The position numbers and the translations under genes are program-made. 64,000 nucleotides of DNA from Clostridiales bacterium (lineage in GTDB: Bacteria > Bacillota > Desulfotomaculia > Desulfotomaculales > VENG01). The stretch is taken from NCBI GenBank assembly GCA_021736985.1, contig JAIPEW010000015.1, positions 1,764-65,763 of the forward strand, read 5' to 3'. Below, piece after piece: positions 8,997-18,343 of this stretch (positions within the stretch are counted from its first letter, which is position 1; each line of letters starts with the position of its first letter). Below the pieces are notes generated by a model that saw only the letters and a program-made list of their open reading frames with translations, had not been told where the DNA came from and ran no database searches.

Positions 8997-10352
8997 TTAT
9001 TTATTGTCTTTTTTTTGCATGCGAGCCATATAAAAACCATCAGTATTATGTATATGTGGGAATAATTGAATATAACCCTTTTCCATGTCACCTATTTCTG
9101 ACGGCAGCAGTTCTTTAAAAGAACATAATGCAAAATTGTTATTTGCATGCAAAAAATCTTTAATAAGCTCATCATTTTCCTGCGGGGTAATTGTACATGT
9201 ACTATAAAGTAGTATCCCCCCGGGAACAAGACAGCGCGCAGCTTCTTCCATCATTTCTCTCTGCAGTTTTGCGATTTCATTAACCTGCTGTTCAGTTACC
9301 CGCCAGCGGGCATCCGGCCTTCTGCGTAATACACCAAGACCTGAACACGGAGCATCCAGTAATATGTAATCGGCCCAGTTCCGGTAATTATTAGCAAGTT
9401 TGCGTGCATCCTCCTGCACGGTTTCGACTATATTAATTCCCAACCTGCGGCAGTTGTCCATTACCAGTGACAGCTTGTGAGCAAATATATCACAGGCTAT
9501 AATTTTGCCGTTATTACCCATTAATTGTGCCAGGTGTGTACTTTTACCTCCGGGAGCACTGGCCATATCAATAACTTTTGCCCCCGGTCGCGGTGATAAG
9601 CCATGACCGGCCAGGATTGAACTTTCATCCTGCACTTGCATAAACCCTTCTGTAAGTGCACTTACATTCTCTAATCCTCCCGTATTGTTTAAAATAAGGC
9701 CTTCAGGGGCATAAGAAGTCTTTTCTACTGAAATCCCCTGTTCCGTTAACCAGGAAGAGAGCTCCGGTAGTGTTGTTTTTAGGGAATTAGCCCGCACCGT
9801 AAGTGGTGCTGCATTATTGTTTGCTTCACATAATCTTATTGTCTCTTCATACCCCAACCAATCCAGCCATTTGCGAACCATCCACTGCGGGTGAGAGTGG
9901 ACCAGTGATATGTACTCTACAGGATCTATTTCCGGGCCCGGAAAATTTATATTCTCCTTGCTGCGCGCAATATTGCGCAGCACCCCATTAACGTACTTAA
10001 CTGCACCGGGATTTCCGTAAGTCCGTGCCATTTCAGCACTTTCATTACAGGCAGCAGATACAGGAACACTGTCCATATAGAAAATCTGATAAAGCCCCAT
10101 GCGCAGTATATTCCTGGTAGCAGCTGTTTGTTTGCTCAACGGCTTTTTTAAAAATTGTTCTAAAATCCAGTCAAGTGTCTTTAAAGAACGTACAGTGCCA
10201 TAAACAAGCTCTGTTACAAATCTGCGATCAACATGCTTAAGATTAGCCCTACCCAGTTCCCCGCGCAGGGCTAAATTAGCATAAGCTTCTTTTTTCTCTA
10301 CATTTAATAATACTTTCAATGCTACTTCTCTTGCATTTAAGCCCTTTTTCAA
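8997..10352 (-). CDS. rsmB: 16S rRNA m5C967 methyltransferase
   Basis: N-terminal NusB-like domain followed by a SAM methyltransferase domain (DMASAPGGKS, DAPCSGLG, YSTCT). Confidence 0.92.
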   Translation of the reverse strand: MKKGLNAREVALKVLLNVEKKEAYANLALRGELGRANLKHVDRRFVTELVYGTVRSLKTLDWILEQFLKKPLSKQTAATRNILRMGLYQIFYMDSVPVSAACNESAEMARTYGNPGAVKYVNGVLRNIARSKENINFPGPEIDPVEYISLVHSHPQWMVRKWLDWLGYEETIRLCEANNNAAPLTVRANSLKTTLPELSSWLTEQGISVEKTSYAPEGLILNNTGGLENVSALTEGFMQVQDESSILAGHGLSPRPGAKVIDMASAPGGKSTHLAQLMGNNGKIIACDIFAHKLSLVMDNCRRLGINIVETVQEDARKLANNYRNWADYILLDAPCSGLGVLRRRPDARWRVTEQQVNEIAKLQREMMEEAARCLVPGGILLYSTCTITPQENDELIKDFLHANNNFALCSFKELLPSEIGDMEKGYIQLFPHIHNTDGFYMARMQKKDNK

Positions 10353-10358
10353 GTTTTT

Positions 10359-11129
10359 TCACTCCGTTGACAAAAAATAATTAATAGCTTCTTCTACCCT
10401 TGATAAATCAAAGCACGTATCAATACAAGGCCCGTTCGGGCGCATATTAGTAACTCCCAGCACCGGAATAGGACTGGTTTCCAGTATCCCACTGGAAAGA
10501 TCTCTTTCGCAGGCAATAGCCACAATAGCGCGCGGTTTGTACTCCTTAACATACTTGCGTGCCAGGGTACCTCCACTTGCAATACCAACATTTATACCAT
10601 ACTTTTCTCGTAATTTAATGATCGTATACACCTGGCATTTACCACACTTGCGGCAGTTTTCAATATTATTTGTTATCTTATACTGACAGCTGCTGTTTTG
10701 TATACAGTGAGGAGCCAGAAGCAGTAACTGTTCCGGTTTTAATTTCAACTGTCTTGCCATCACAATCTGGTTGTTAACTTGAACAAAAGACTTTCTAATA
10801 CGGGCCAGGTCAATTCTAAATATCCTACCAAGTACAAGGACAACCGGGAAGAAATTATTTAAAGCCATGCGCATAGGGCGCTGAAGCAGCGACATCGTTT
10901 TAGAAAACCACAGGGTAAGTATTATACCCGCCAGCCCTAAACCTGCTAACAATATGGCAGTTGCTATAAAAATAACAATTCCCATAAGAACCAGTTGATA
11001 TATTATCGAATGTTCAGGAGTAAAAATTAAATACCAGATTCCCGCTGCCAGGAGACCCGTACTCAGTACACACGCTCCCAGTAAACCAATAAACAACCTT
11101 TTTTTCTCGATTTTTTGCACAGTATACAT
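10359..11129 (-). CDS. DUF116-family membrane protein
   Basis: Two to three N-terminal TM helices followed by a Cys-rich C-terminal domain (CxxC pairs). Occupies the fmt-rsmB position seen in other Clostridia. Confidence 0.75.
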   Translation of the reverse strand: MYTVQKIEKKRLFIGLLGACVLSTGLLAAGIWYLIFTPEHSIIYQLVLMGIVIFIATAILLAGLGLAGIILTLWFSKTMSLLQRPMRMALNNFFPVVLVLGRIFRIDLARIRKSFVQVNNQIVMARQLKLKPEQLLLLAPHCIQNSSCQYKITNNIENCRKCGKCQVYTIIKLREKYGINVGIASGGTLARKYVKEYKPRAIVAIACERDLSSGILETSPIPVLGVTNMRPNGPCIDTCFDLSRVEEAINYFLSTE

Positions 11130-11144
11130 GCTGCATTTTCCTTT

Positions 11145-12086
11145 CTAAGAGCGCCCTAACATAGTCCCTTCCGGTAAAGAACGCCCCCTTAAAAAATCTG
11201 ACGCATTAACTTTTTTACCACCCTGGATTTGTAATTCAAGAATCCTAACCGTACCTACTCCTGTCTGAACTATAATATCACCCTTGTTTCCAGGCTCAAG
11301 CACCGTACCAGGCGTACTAGTTACGTCATTCGAATCCAGCACTTCTAATTTCCACACTTTTAGTACCTTACCATCATGAACAGTCCTTGCTCCTGGCCAG
11401 GGATTTAAGCCCCGGACCTTGTTTTTGACTTCAAGTGCAGTCTTTCCCCAATCTATAATCTCGTCTTCTCTAATCAAAGGTGGAGCATAAGTAGCTTCAC
11501 TGTCATTTTGTGGAGTACTTGAAATTTCCCCTTTTTCCATCCCATCAAGGGTATCCAGCAGCAAGCATGCTCCTTCTTCAGCCAGTCGATCATGCAAAAC
11601 TCCTGCTGTATCATCTTCATTCAAATCAACTTTTTTACCAAGCAAAACATTACCCGTGTCCATACCAGTATCCATCAGCATAGTGGACACGCCGCTGCAT
11701 TCTTCACCATTAATGAGCGCCCTGTGAATAGGCGCCGATCCCCTGTATTTGGGTAGTAATGAAGCATGAACATTTACACAACCTAACCCGGGGATATCCA
11801 GCAATTCACGTGGAAGTATTTTTCCATATGCTACTACAACTATCACCGTAGGTTCTATTTGTTTTATCTTATTTATAACTTCTTCAGAAGCTAACTTTTC
11901 CGGCTGGTAAACCGGTATACCTAAAATATTAGCTAATTTTTTTACCGGAGTTGAAGCTAATATCTTTCCCCTTCCCCGGGGTTTATCAGGTTGTGTAATA
12001 ACCATGCTTACTTTATGGGGGCTTTCTGCCAGGATTCTCAAAGAAGGAATTGCAAAATCGGGAGACCCCATGAAGACAATTCTCAT
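11145..12086 (-). CDS. fmt: methionyl-tRNA formyltransferase
   Basis: N-terminus MRIVFMGSPDFA, plus HASLLPKYRG and a C-terminal Fmt domain. Confidence 0.95.
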   Translation of the reverse strand: MRIVFMGSPDFAIPSLRILAESPHKVSMVITQPDKPRGRGKILASTPVKKLANILGIPVYQPEKLASEEVINKIKQIEPTVIVVVAYGKILPRELLDIPGLGCVNVHASLLPKYRGSAPIHRALINGEECSGVSTMLMDTGMDTGNVLLGKKVDLNEDDTAGVLHDRLAEEGACLLLDTLDGMEKGEISSTPQNDSEATYAPPLIREDEIIDWGKTALEVKNKVRGLNPWPGARTVHDGKVLKVWKLEVLDSNDVTSTPGTVLEPGNKGDIIVQTGVGTVRILELQIQGGKKVNASDFLRGRSLPEGTMLGRS

Positions 12087-12106
12087 ATATCTACCGCTCC
12101 AATTAT

Positions 12107-12562
12107 TTATTTTTCTTTTCTCAAGTTAATAGACTTATCAATAAAAAGTATTCCATTTAAATGATCTATTTCATGCTGCAGTGCCCTGGCAAACAATCCT
12201 GTTGCATTATAACTGACTTCTTCTCCTTTGCGGTTTAATCCCGAAACTTGTACTTCCAGCGGGCGATGCACATCACCCAACACCCCGGGGACACTGAGGC
12301 ACCCCTCAGTTTGTGTATCACTTCCCTGTACACTTTCTACTTTCGGATTTATAAGCTCAATTAAACCTTTGCCTACATCTACAATAATTACACGTTTTGA
12401 AATGCCAATCTGCGGTGCAGCCAACCCTACCCCGTTATATTCATACATTGTATCTTTCATATTATCCAGAAGCTTATAAATGTTATTCTCTATTGAAGGT
12501 ACCTGTTTGGCCTTTTTCCTTAATATTTCATCTTCTGCTACTACTATCTTATAAACAGCCAA
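12107..12562 (-). CDS. def: peptide deformylase
   Basis: Contains GVGLAAPQIG, EGCLS and HEIDH motifs. TTG start 7 nt after AAGGGGTG. Confidence 0.95.
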   Translation of the reverse strand: MAVYKIVVAEDEILRKKAKQVPSIENNIYKLLDNMKDTMYEYNGVGLAAPQIGISKRVIIVDVGKGLIELINPKVESVQGSDTQTEGCLSVPGVLGDVHRPLEVQVSGLNRKGEEVSYNATGLFARALQHEIDHLNGILFIDKSINLRKEK

Positions 12563-12584
12563 TTAAAACACCCCTTTATCAAGT

Positions 12585-13095
12585 AAATATCCACGTACCT
12601 TTAGCCCACAACTAAGTGTGAAAACTTTTTCAGCAACCTGGTAAATGTCGGTGTACTCGGAGCGAACATACGGAGGCACATTCACAAAGCATATGCGGCC
12701 GAGGAAAAGCGATTGAGCTAGAGTACCACCGGCCTAACAAAAACAAAGTTTTCTAACTAGACTCTAGACTTCCACGGTCCATGGTCCACAACGGAGTATG
12801 AAAACTCTTCTGACAGTTAGGTGGAGGTCCGGTGGTTTCCTCCAGTCCAGCACTCAGTGCGCTTTTAAAAATTGTGCTATAAGTAGTATATTTTTACTTC
12901 TGTCTTTCCTGCATTAGAAATGGGCTGAGTGCTGGACGTATTTTTACTGGGAGCAAAAAGTACGTTTTAGTGTAAGCGCACTCTAATACTGCACAACAAG
13001 TTTTTTTACGCCCTAAGCAGCCGGACTTTCGGCATTTTACGGGCTATGCAGCACACCCAGACTCCGCTACCTTCCGGAAGTCCACCAGCCCTTTT
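12585..13095 (-). repeat. mosaic intergenic repeat, copy A (inverted orientation, variant core, plus accessory module)
   Basis: The reverse complement carries the family left flank (GGAAGGTAGCGGAGTCTGGGTGTGCTGCATAGCCCGT, 13079-13043) and right flank (CCTCCACCTAACTGTCAGAAGAGTTTTCATACTCCGTTGTGG, 12828-12787). A different ~200-bp core lies between them. Junction modules are at 12585-12640 and 12771-12812. Confidence 0.85.
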
Positions 13096-13134
13096 AATTT
13101 GTAGATCTAATAACTTTTTTAGGAAGTTTACATA

Positions 13135-15366
13135 TTAAATCATACTGTATGGATCCACGTCTACACTAATCCCTGCATTCTTTCCTGTCCCAACAGATTT
13201 CACGCAATAATCATATGTTTTTTTAACAGCATCTCTCAAAATTTCTTCATCTTTACTCCACAATACTATATGCAACCGGTAATTTCCGCGAACTCTCGTA
13301 AGCGGTGCGGGGGAAGGTCCTACAGCTATAATTCCCTTATCTTCGTTTATATACCCCTGCAGTATCTTAAATGCTGCTTCTGCCAGGCTGTTCACCTTAT
13401 TTTCGTCTTTCCCGAAGAATAACAACCTTATCATTCGGCTGTACGGGGGATACTGCATTTCTTTTCGCACGTTCATTTCTTCTTTAAAAAACCCCTCGTA
13501 ATCGCCTGCTGCAGCAGCTGTAACAGCATAATGTTCCGGATTAAAAGTTTGTACAATAACTTCTCCACCGCTTTTTGCCCGCCCCGACCTGCCAGCAACC
13601 TGTGTTATTAATTGAAAAGTACGCTCTGCCGAGCGAAAATCAGGTATATACAATCCAGTATCAGCACTTATTATTCCTACAAGCGTTACACCGGAAAAAT
13701 TTAACCCCTTGGCCACCATTTGTGTTCCTATTAATATATCTGCTTTTCTTTCCTCAAAATCTTTTAAAATTCTGTAATGTGCACCTTTACGCCCAGTAGT
13801 ATCGGCATCCATGCGTATTATTCTGGCCTGCGGAAAAAGATCTTTAGCCTCTTTTTCCACTTTTTGAGTACCGGTTCCAAAATATCCAATATACTTGCTC
13901 CGGCAGCCCGGGCACAAACTAGGTGCCATTTGCGAATAGTTGCAGTAGTGGCAGCGCAGATCTCCCTGGTGGTGATAAGTAAGTGATATATCACAGTTGG
14001 GACATTTAAGTACCATACCGCACTCCCGGCATACAACAAAAGTATTAAACCCGCGCCTGTTTAAAAAGAGTATTACCTGTTCGTTGTCCTCCAACCTCTT
14101 ATTTACAGCATTAAACAGTTCAGAACCAAAAATTGCCTTATTACCCGAACTAAACTCTTTGCGCATATCAACTACCTTTACAAACGGGAGAGCAATGTTG
14201 TCTACCCGGTTATCCATTTTCAAAAGAGTATACGGGCCCTTATCCTTCGCACGGCAGTAACTTTCCAGGGATGGTGTAGCACTGCCAAGCACTACCGCTG
14301 CACTGTTAACATAAGCACGATAAAGTGCAACAGCCCGTGCATGGTAACGTGGAGATTCTCCCTGTTTATAAGTAAACTCATGTTCTTCATCAATAACAAT
14401 AATCCCCAGGTTATTTACGGGCGAAAATATCGCTGATCTTGTTCCCAGTATAACATCAGCGTGCCCCTGGGAAATCCTGTTCCACTCTTCGTACCTTTCT
14501 CCTTTAGACATACGGCTATGCAGCAGCGCTACCCTATTTCCCAGGCGTTCTTTAAAACACCTGATCATCTGCGGAGTAAGAGATATTTCAGGAACCAGTA
14601 CAATAGCAGATTTTTTTAGCTGCAGCGCACAATCAATGCAGCGCAGGTAAACCTCTGTTTTCCCACTGCCTGTAACACCGTGCAGCAAAAACACCTTGTG
14701 AACATTTTTTTGCAAATAAAAATTTATATTTTTAACTACTTTTGCTTGTTCCCCGGTTAACTCGGGCTTAACCGGAGAAATATAAGAAGTAGAATTTACA
14801 TCTGACATTACTTCTTTAAAATATAAATATCCCTTGCTAATTAAAGTATCTATAACTGTATATGATACACAGGCCTTTTCTGATAATTGTTTTTTAGTTA
14901 ATCCCGGACTGCGAGCTGTTGTATTAAGAACTGCGACCTGTTTTGGTGCCCTTCTAATCTCCCGGGTAACCCTGTTCAACTCTTCAATTGAAAAATTAAC
15001 ATAGTAATGCTTTTCCCTGCACGACCTTGTTTTATTTAGTACTGGATGAGCTATAGCCTGTAGCGTACGCTGGGGAGAACTGAAATAGTAACCGGATATC
15101 CACCTGGCAATACGCAGCTGCTCTTTAGTAAGAACCGGTTCCTGGTCAAGCAGCTTAATAATACTTTTTAATTTTCTATCAACACTTGTATCCTCTGCCA
15201 AACCGACTACAAAACCACTGGCTTGTCTATTCCCAAGGGGTATTAAAACTCTGCTGCCGACCAGGTTATCACTCTGCATTTCTTCAGGAATTTTATAATG
15301 CAGTGATTTTTGCATGCTAATGCCTCCGGTCTCAACTATGACTTCAGCTACCCTTGAGACTTGCAA
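13135..15366 (-). CDS. priA: primosomal replication-restart helicase PriA
   Basis: Walker A GVTGSGKTEVY, DEEH box, Cys-rich zinc-binding insert (CxxC x4). TTG start after AAGGTGA. Confidence 0.95.
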   Translation of the reverse strand: MQVSRVAEVIVETGGISMQKSLHYKIPEEMQSDNLVGSRVLIPLGNRQASGFVVGLAEDTSVDRKLKSIIKLLDQEPVLTKEQLRIARWISGYYFSSPQRTLQAIAHPVLNKTRSCREKHYYVNFSIEELNRVTREIRRAPKQVAVLNTTARSPGLTKKQLSEKACVSYTVIDTLISKGYLYFKEVMSDVNSTSYISPVKPELTGEQAKVVKNINFYLQKNVHKVFLLHGVTGSGKTEVYLRCIDCALQLKKSAIVLVPEISLTPQMIRCFKERLGNRVALLHSRMSKGERYEEWNRISQGHADVILGTRSAIFSPVNNLGIIVIDEEHEFTYKQGESPRYHARAVALYRAYVNSAAVVLGSATPSLESYCRAKDKGPYTLLKMDNRVDNIALPFVKVVDMRKEFSSGNKAIFGSELFNAVNKRLEDNEQVILFLNRRGFNTFVVCRECGMVLKCPNCDISLTYHHQGDLRCHYCNYSQMAPSLCPGCRSKYIGYFGTGTQKVEKEAKDLFPQARIIRMDADTTGRKGAHYRILKDFEERKADILIGTQMVAKGLNFSGVTLVGIISADTGLYIPDFRSAERTFQLITQVAGRSGRAKSGGEVIVQTFNPEHYAVTAAAAGDYEGFFKEEMNVRKEMQYPPYSRMIRLLFFGKDENKVNSLAEAAFKILQGYINEDKGIIAVGPSPAPLTRVRGNYRLHIVLWSKDEEILRDAVKKTYDYCVKSVGTGKNAGISVDVDPYSMI

Positions 15367-15433
15367 ATAAAATCACCTTCTAATATATCAAAAATTTAAA
15401 TTACATATATTATATATCATCAATATTGCGGCC

Positions 15434-15874
15434 TCAATCCATCTCTTTCCGTGTTAAATTATGCCTATCCGAGGGATTGAAACTTATATTCCAATCAGGA
15501 GGGGAAATATGTTGTCTTCCTTCGTTGTTATCTTGTGATACCCGGGGAGTATTACCGCTTACATTACCTGTACCGGGTTTACTATTTTCTGTAGATCGAA
15601 AACGTGGAGCGTGTACTATAGTAACGCTGTTTAAAATATTTTTTTCTTCTGATGTAATCTTTCCATGTTTATTATATTTTTTTTTCGTAATTTCCACCCT
15701 GGGAATAACCAGTGATACCTCGTGAGGGACACATAGATTTAATTTACGCTTAAGACACATGCTGACACCGTTGATTTTAATTTCTACCTCATCAACTTGC
15801 ACACCTGGATACAGCGGACATTCTGATTCTTCACCCTGCAACTTTTTTTTCCTTTTCCAGGGTAAATTAAACAT
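15434..15874 (-). CDS. hypothetical protein (orphan, basic N-terminus, low-complexity C-terminus)
   Basis: 146-aa ORF with a good RBS (GGGGGGATTTT-ATG). I recognise no family motif. Confidence 0.55.
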   Translation of the reverse strand: MFNLPWKRKKKLQGEESECPLYPGVQVDEVEIKINGVSMCLKRKLNLCVPHEVSLVIPRVEITKKKYNKHGKITSEEKNILNSVTIVHAPRFRSTENSKPGTGNVSGNTPRVSQDNNEGRQHISPPDWNISFNPSDRHNLTRKEMD

Positions 15875-15904
15875 AAAATCCCCCCGGTTTTTTAGATAAT
15901 TATA

Positions 15905-16276
15905 TTATCTAAACCGGAAATTTGTGACTCGGGAGAGGCAACGGCAAGCCCAATAGTTTACATATTCCGCTATAAACAAGTGCTTGTGGGCATTTAATTC
16001 GAAAACTCCCGTCCGATAACAATCTGCAAACCAAAAGGCCCAGTGAATTTCCAAAAGGTAGCGGAGCCTGGGGGGCATTGCATAGCCCGTCATTTGCAAA
16101 GTGTGATGTGGGAAGTGGGAAGTGTGACAATTTGAGGAAGTCTGCTGCATAGACTTCCTCTTTTTCCCACCTCTAATTCCCACTTCTCACCTCTGCCCTT
16201 TGCCCCGGTCCTCCACCCGGCTGTCAGAAGAATTTTCATACCCTGTTGTGGGCAAATACCCGCGGACGTTTAATTA
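15905..16276 (+). repeat. mosaic intergenic repeat, copy B
   Basis: Partial accessory module at 15921-16007, followed by a complete main unit at 16036-16276. Includes a perfect 9-bp apical hairpin, GAGGAAGTC (16134-16142) / GACTTCCTC (16152-16160). Confidence 0.9.
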
Positions 16277-16290
16277 TATTTTGAATGAGA

Positions 16291-16327
16291 ATACACACGG
16301 CAGCCGGTCGCAGGCTGCCGTGTGTAT
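16291..16327 (-). other. perfect 15-bp stem-loop abutting the coaBC stop codon
   Basis: ATACACACGGCAGCC-ggtcgca-GGCTGCCGTGTGTAT. No clear U-tract follows on either strand. Confidence 0.6.
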
Positions 16328-17520
16328 TACTTAAGTTTCTTTATATTATCTAGAATAATATGAGCTAGTTCGCTCTTACTAATTAACGGTAATTCTTTTA
16401 TTTCTCCACCGGGGAAAAGCAGTTTAGCCATATTATTGTCACTGTTAAAACCAGAACCTTTAATATGTACGTTGTTTGCAACAACCATGTCTAGATTTTT
16501 CTTTTGTATTTTTTTTACAGCGTTTTTTTCTAAGTTTTCTGTTTCAGCTGCAAACCCAATTAATAACTGCTTATTTTTTTTCTGCCCTAACTCCATTAGT
16601 ATATCAGTGTTTTTTTCCAATTCTAATACTAACTGGCCTGATTCTTTTTTTATTTTCTGCCCGGAAACTTCTTTCGGCTTATAATCTCCTACGGCTGCAG
16701 CTTTTATTACTACATCAACGGTTGAATAATGTTTAAGTACTTCATTATACATCTCACGGGCAGTAGCAGTTTCTACCAACTGAACTCCTGGAGGAGTAGC
16801 CGGGTGCAGCAGGCCGCTAACCAGTATTGTGCGTGCTCCTCTTTCGCAGGCAGCTCGTGCAAGGGCAAAACCCATTTTCCCGCTGCTTTTATTACTGATA
16901 AAGCGTACAGGATCTATTGGCTCCCTTGTTGCACCTGCAGTTACCAGTACAGTAAACCCGTTAAAATCCTGGTTTACGGTTAAATCTTTTTCTAGTTCTG
17001 AAATTATTTCAGGTATGTCCGGCAGGCGGCCGGGCCCGGTATCCCCACACGCCAAGTGCCCCTCCCCAGGTGTTAAAACACTATATCCAAGATCATTTAA
17101 TTTTTTTATATTTTCTTGCACAGCAGGATGCCGGTACATTTTAGAATTCATGGCAGGACAAATTAACACTGTACTTTCACAGCCCAGCAATAAAGCACTT
17201 AACAAGTCATCTGCCATTCCCAGGGCCGCTTTAGATAAAAAATTTGCAGTAGCGGGAGCGATTACTACTGCATCAGCTTTTTCAGCTAATTCTAAATGTG
17301 GAAACTTCCATCCGGGAGGAGATTCTAGAATATCCAGATGAACAGTATTTCCTGATATTGCTTCAAAAGTCAGCGGGCCCACAAACTGTTGCGCTGAATT
17401 ACTCATAACTACATAAACTTCCACACCCTGTTTTTTTAAAGCACTTACTAGATCAACTGCTCTAAAAGCTGCAATTCCACCAGTAACGCCTACTACAATT
17501 GTAAAACCTTTTAATTTCAT
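16327..17520 (-). CDS. coaBC: bifunctional phosphopantothenoylcysteine decarboxylase / synthetase
   Basis: N-terminal flavoprotein domain (GVTGGIAAF) and C-terminal CoaB domain (ISN.SSGKMG). Confidence 0.95.
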   Translation of the reverse strand: MKLKGFTIVVGVTGGIAAFRAVDLVSALKKQGVEVYVVMSNSAQQFVGPLTFEAISGNTVHLDILESPPGWKFPHLELAEKADAVVIAPATANFLSKAALGMADDLLSALLLGCESTVLICPAMNSKMYRHPAVQENIKKLNDLGYSVLTPGEGHLACGDTGPGRLPDIPEIISELEKDLTVNQDFNGFTVLVTAGATREPIDPVRFISNKSSGKMGFALARAACERGARTILVSGLLHPATPPGVQLVETATAREMYNEVLKHYSTVDVVIKAAAVGDYKPKEVSGQKIKKESGQLVLELEKNTDILMELGQKKNKQLLIGFAAETENLEKNAVKKIQKKNLDMVVANNVHIKGSGFNSDNNMAKLLFPGGEIKELPLISKSELAHIILDNIKKLK

Positions 17521-17720
17521 TATTTAATTCCTTGTTTAGTACGCCTAAAATTAATTTCATCATTTACAATTTCATTTAGAGACCGGCTTACTGGTTTAGT
17601 TTTATCATCTTCTTCATCTTTAGTTATAGCCCTTGCCCTTTTGGCAGTAACAACTACAAGGGAATAACGGCTGTCTACTTTTTCTAAAAGATGATCCAGA
17701 GATGGTTGATTCATAGCCAT
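17520..17720 (-). CDS. rpoZ: DNA-directed RNA polymerase subunit omega
   Basis: 66 aa containing SRYSLVVVTAKRARAI, in the conserved gmk-rpoZ-coaBC position. Confidence 0.92.
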   Translation of the reverse strand: MAMNQPSLDHLLEKVDSRYSLVVVTAKRARAITKDEEDDKTKPVSRSLNEIVNDEINFRRTKQGIK

Positions 17721-17739
17721 ACTGTTTCACCTCGCAATC

Positions 17740-18342
17740 TTATTCATACCAATCTGAATTTAGATTATGCTTGCCAGGCCTACAACTTTCCGCCTCTATT
17801 ATGCTGTTTAGCTTTCTGGCTGCAATTTCTACTTGATCGTTAATTATTATGTAGTTATACCTATCTATTAACTTAACTTCCTTTTTAGCCCAGTTCAAAC
17901 GCATTTTAATTTCTTCTGCAGGATCAGCGTTACGCTTGTAAAGCCTTTTGTATAAATCTTCTGGTGTAGGCGGTAAGATAAAAACCAATACAGCTTGCGG
18001 AAACCTATCTTTTAACTGGAGAGCCCCCTGCACATCTATTTCCAGTATAACATTAAAACCTTTATCCAACGCTGATTTAACAGGTTGCTGCGGAGTACCG
18101 TAATAATAATCATATACCCTGGCCCATTCTAACAATCTATTGTCCTTTATCATCTGTTCAAAATGTTCATTATCTATAAAATAATAATCTTTTCCGTCCA
18201 CTTCACCAGCCCGGGGACAGCGTGTAGTAGCAGACACAGAAAAAACGAAGTCGCTACGATAACTTTTTAACACCTTACGTACTGCCCCTTTTCCGGAACC
18301 TGACGGTCCGGATATTACAATAAGTTTTCCTTTTTTATTCAT
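17740..18342 (-). CDS. gmk: guanylate kinase
   Basis: P-loop ISGPSGSGKG plus conserved guanylate kinase core motifs. Confidence 0.95.
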   Translation of the reverse strand: MNKKGKLIVISGPSGSGKGAVRKVLKSYRSDFVFSVSATTRCPRAGEVDGKDYYFIDNEHFEQMIKDNRLLEWARVYDYYYGTPQQPVKSALDKGFNVILEIDVQGALQLKDRFPQAVLVFILPPTPEDLYKRLYKRNADPAEEIKMRLNWAKKEVKLIDRYNYIIINDQVEIAARKLNSIIEAESCRPGKHNLNSDWYE

Positions 18343-18343
18343 A

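Noticed and set aside
13043-13079. A GTGCG motif inside the repeat left flank, considered as a group II intron 5' end.
   Set aside because: No domain V-like sequence and no intron-encoded protein are present. The element, at 260-500 bp, is far too short.
15905-16183. ORFs of 70-92 aa lying inside the repeat copies (15905-16183, 15909-16130, 52213-52488, 52400-52612), which could encode a repeat-borne peptide.
   Set aside because: Copies differ by indels that are not multiples of three (for example, 7 nt between B and D). The predicted peptides are not colinear between copies, and no consistent RBS or start is present.
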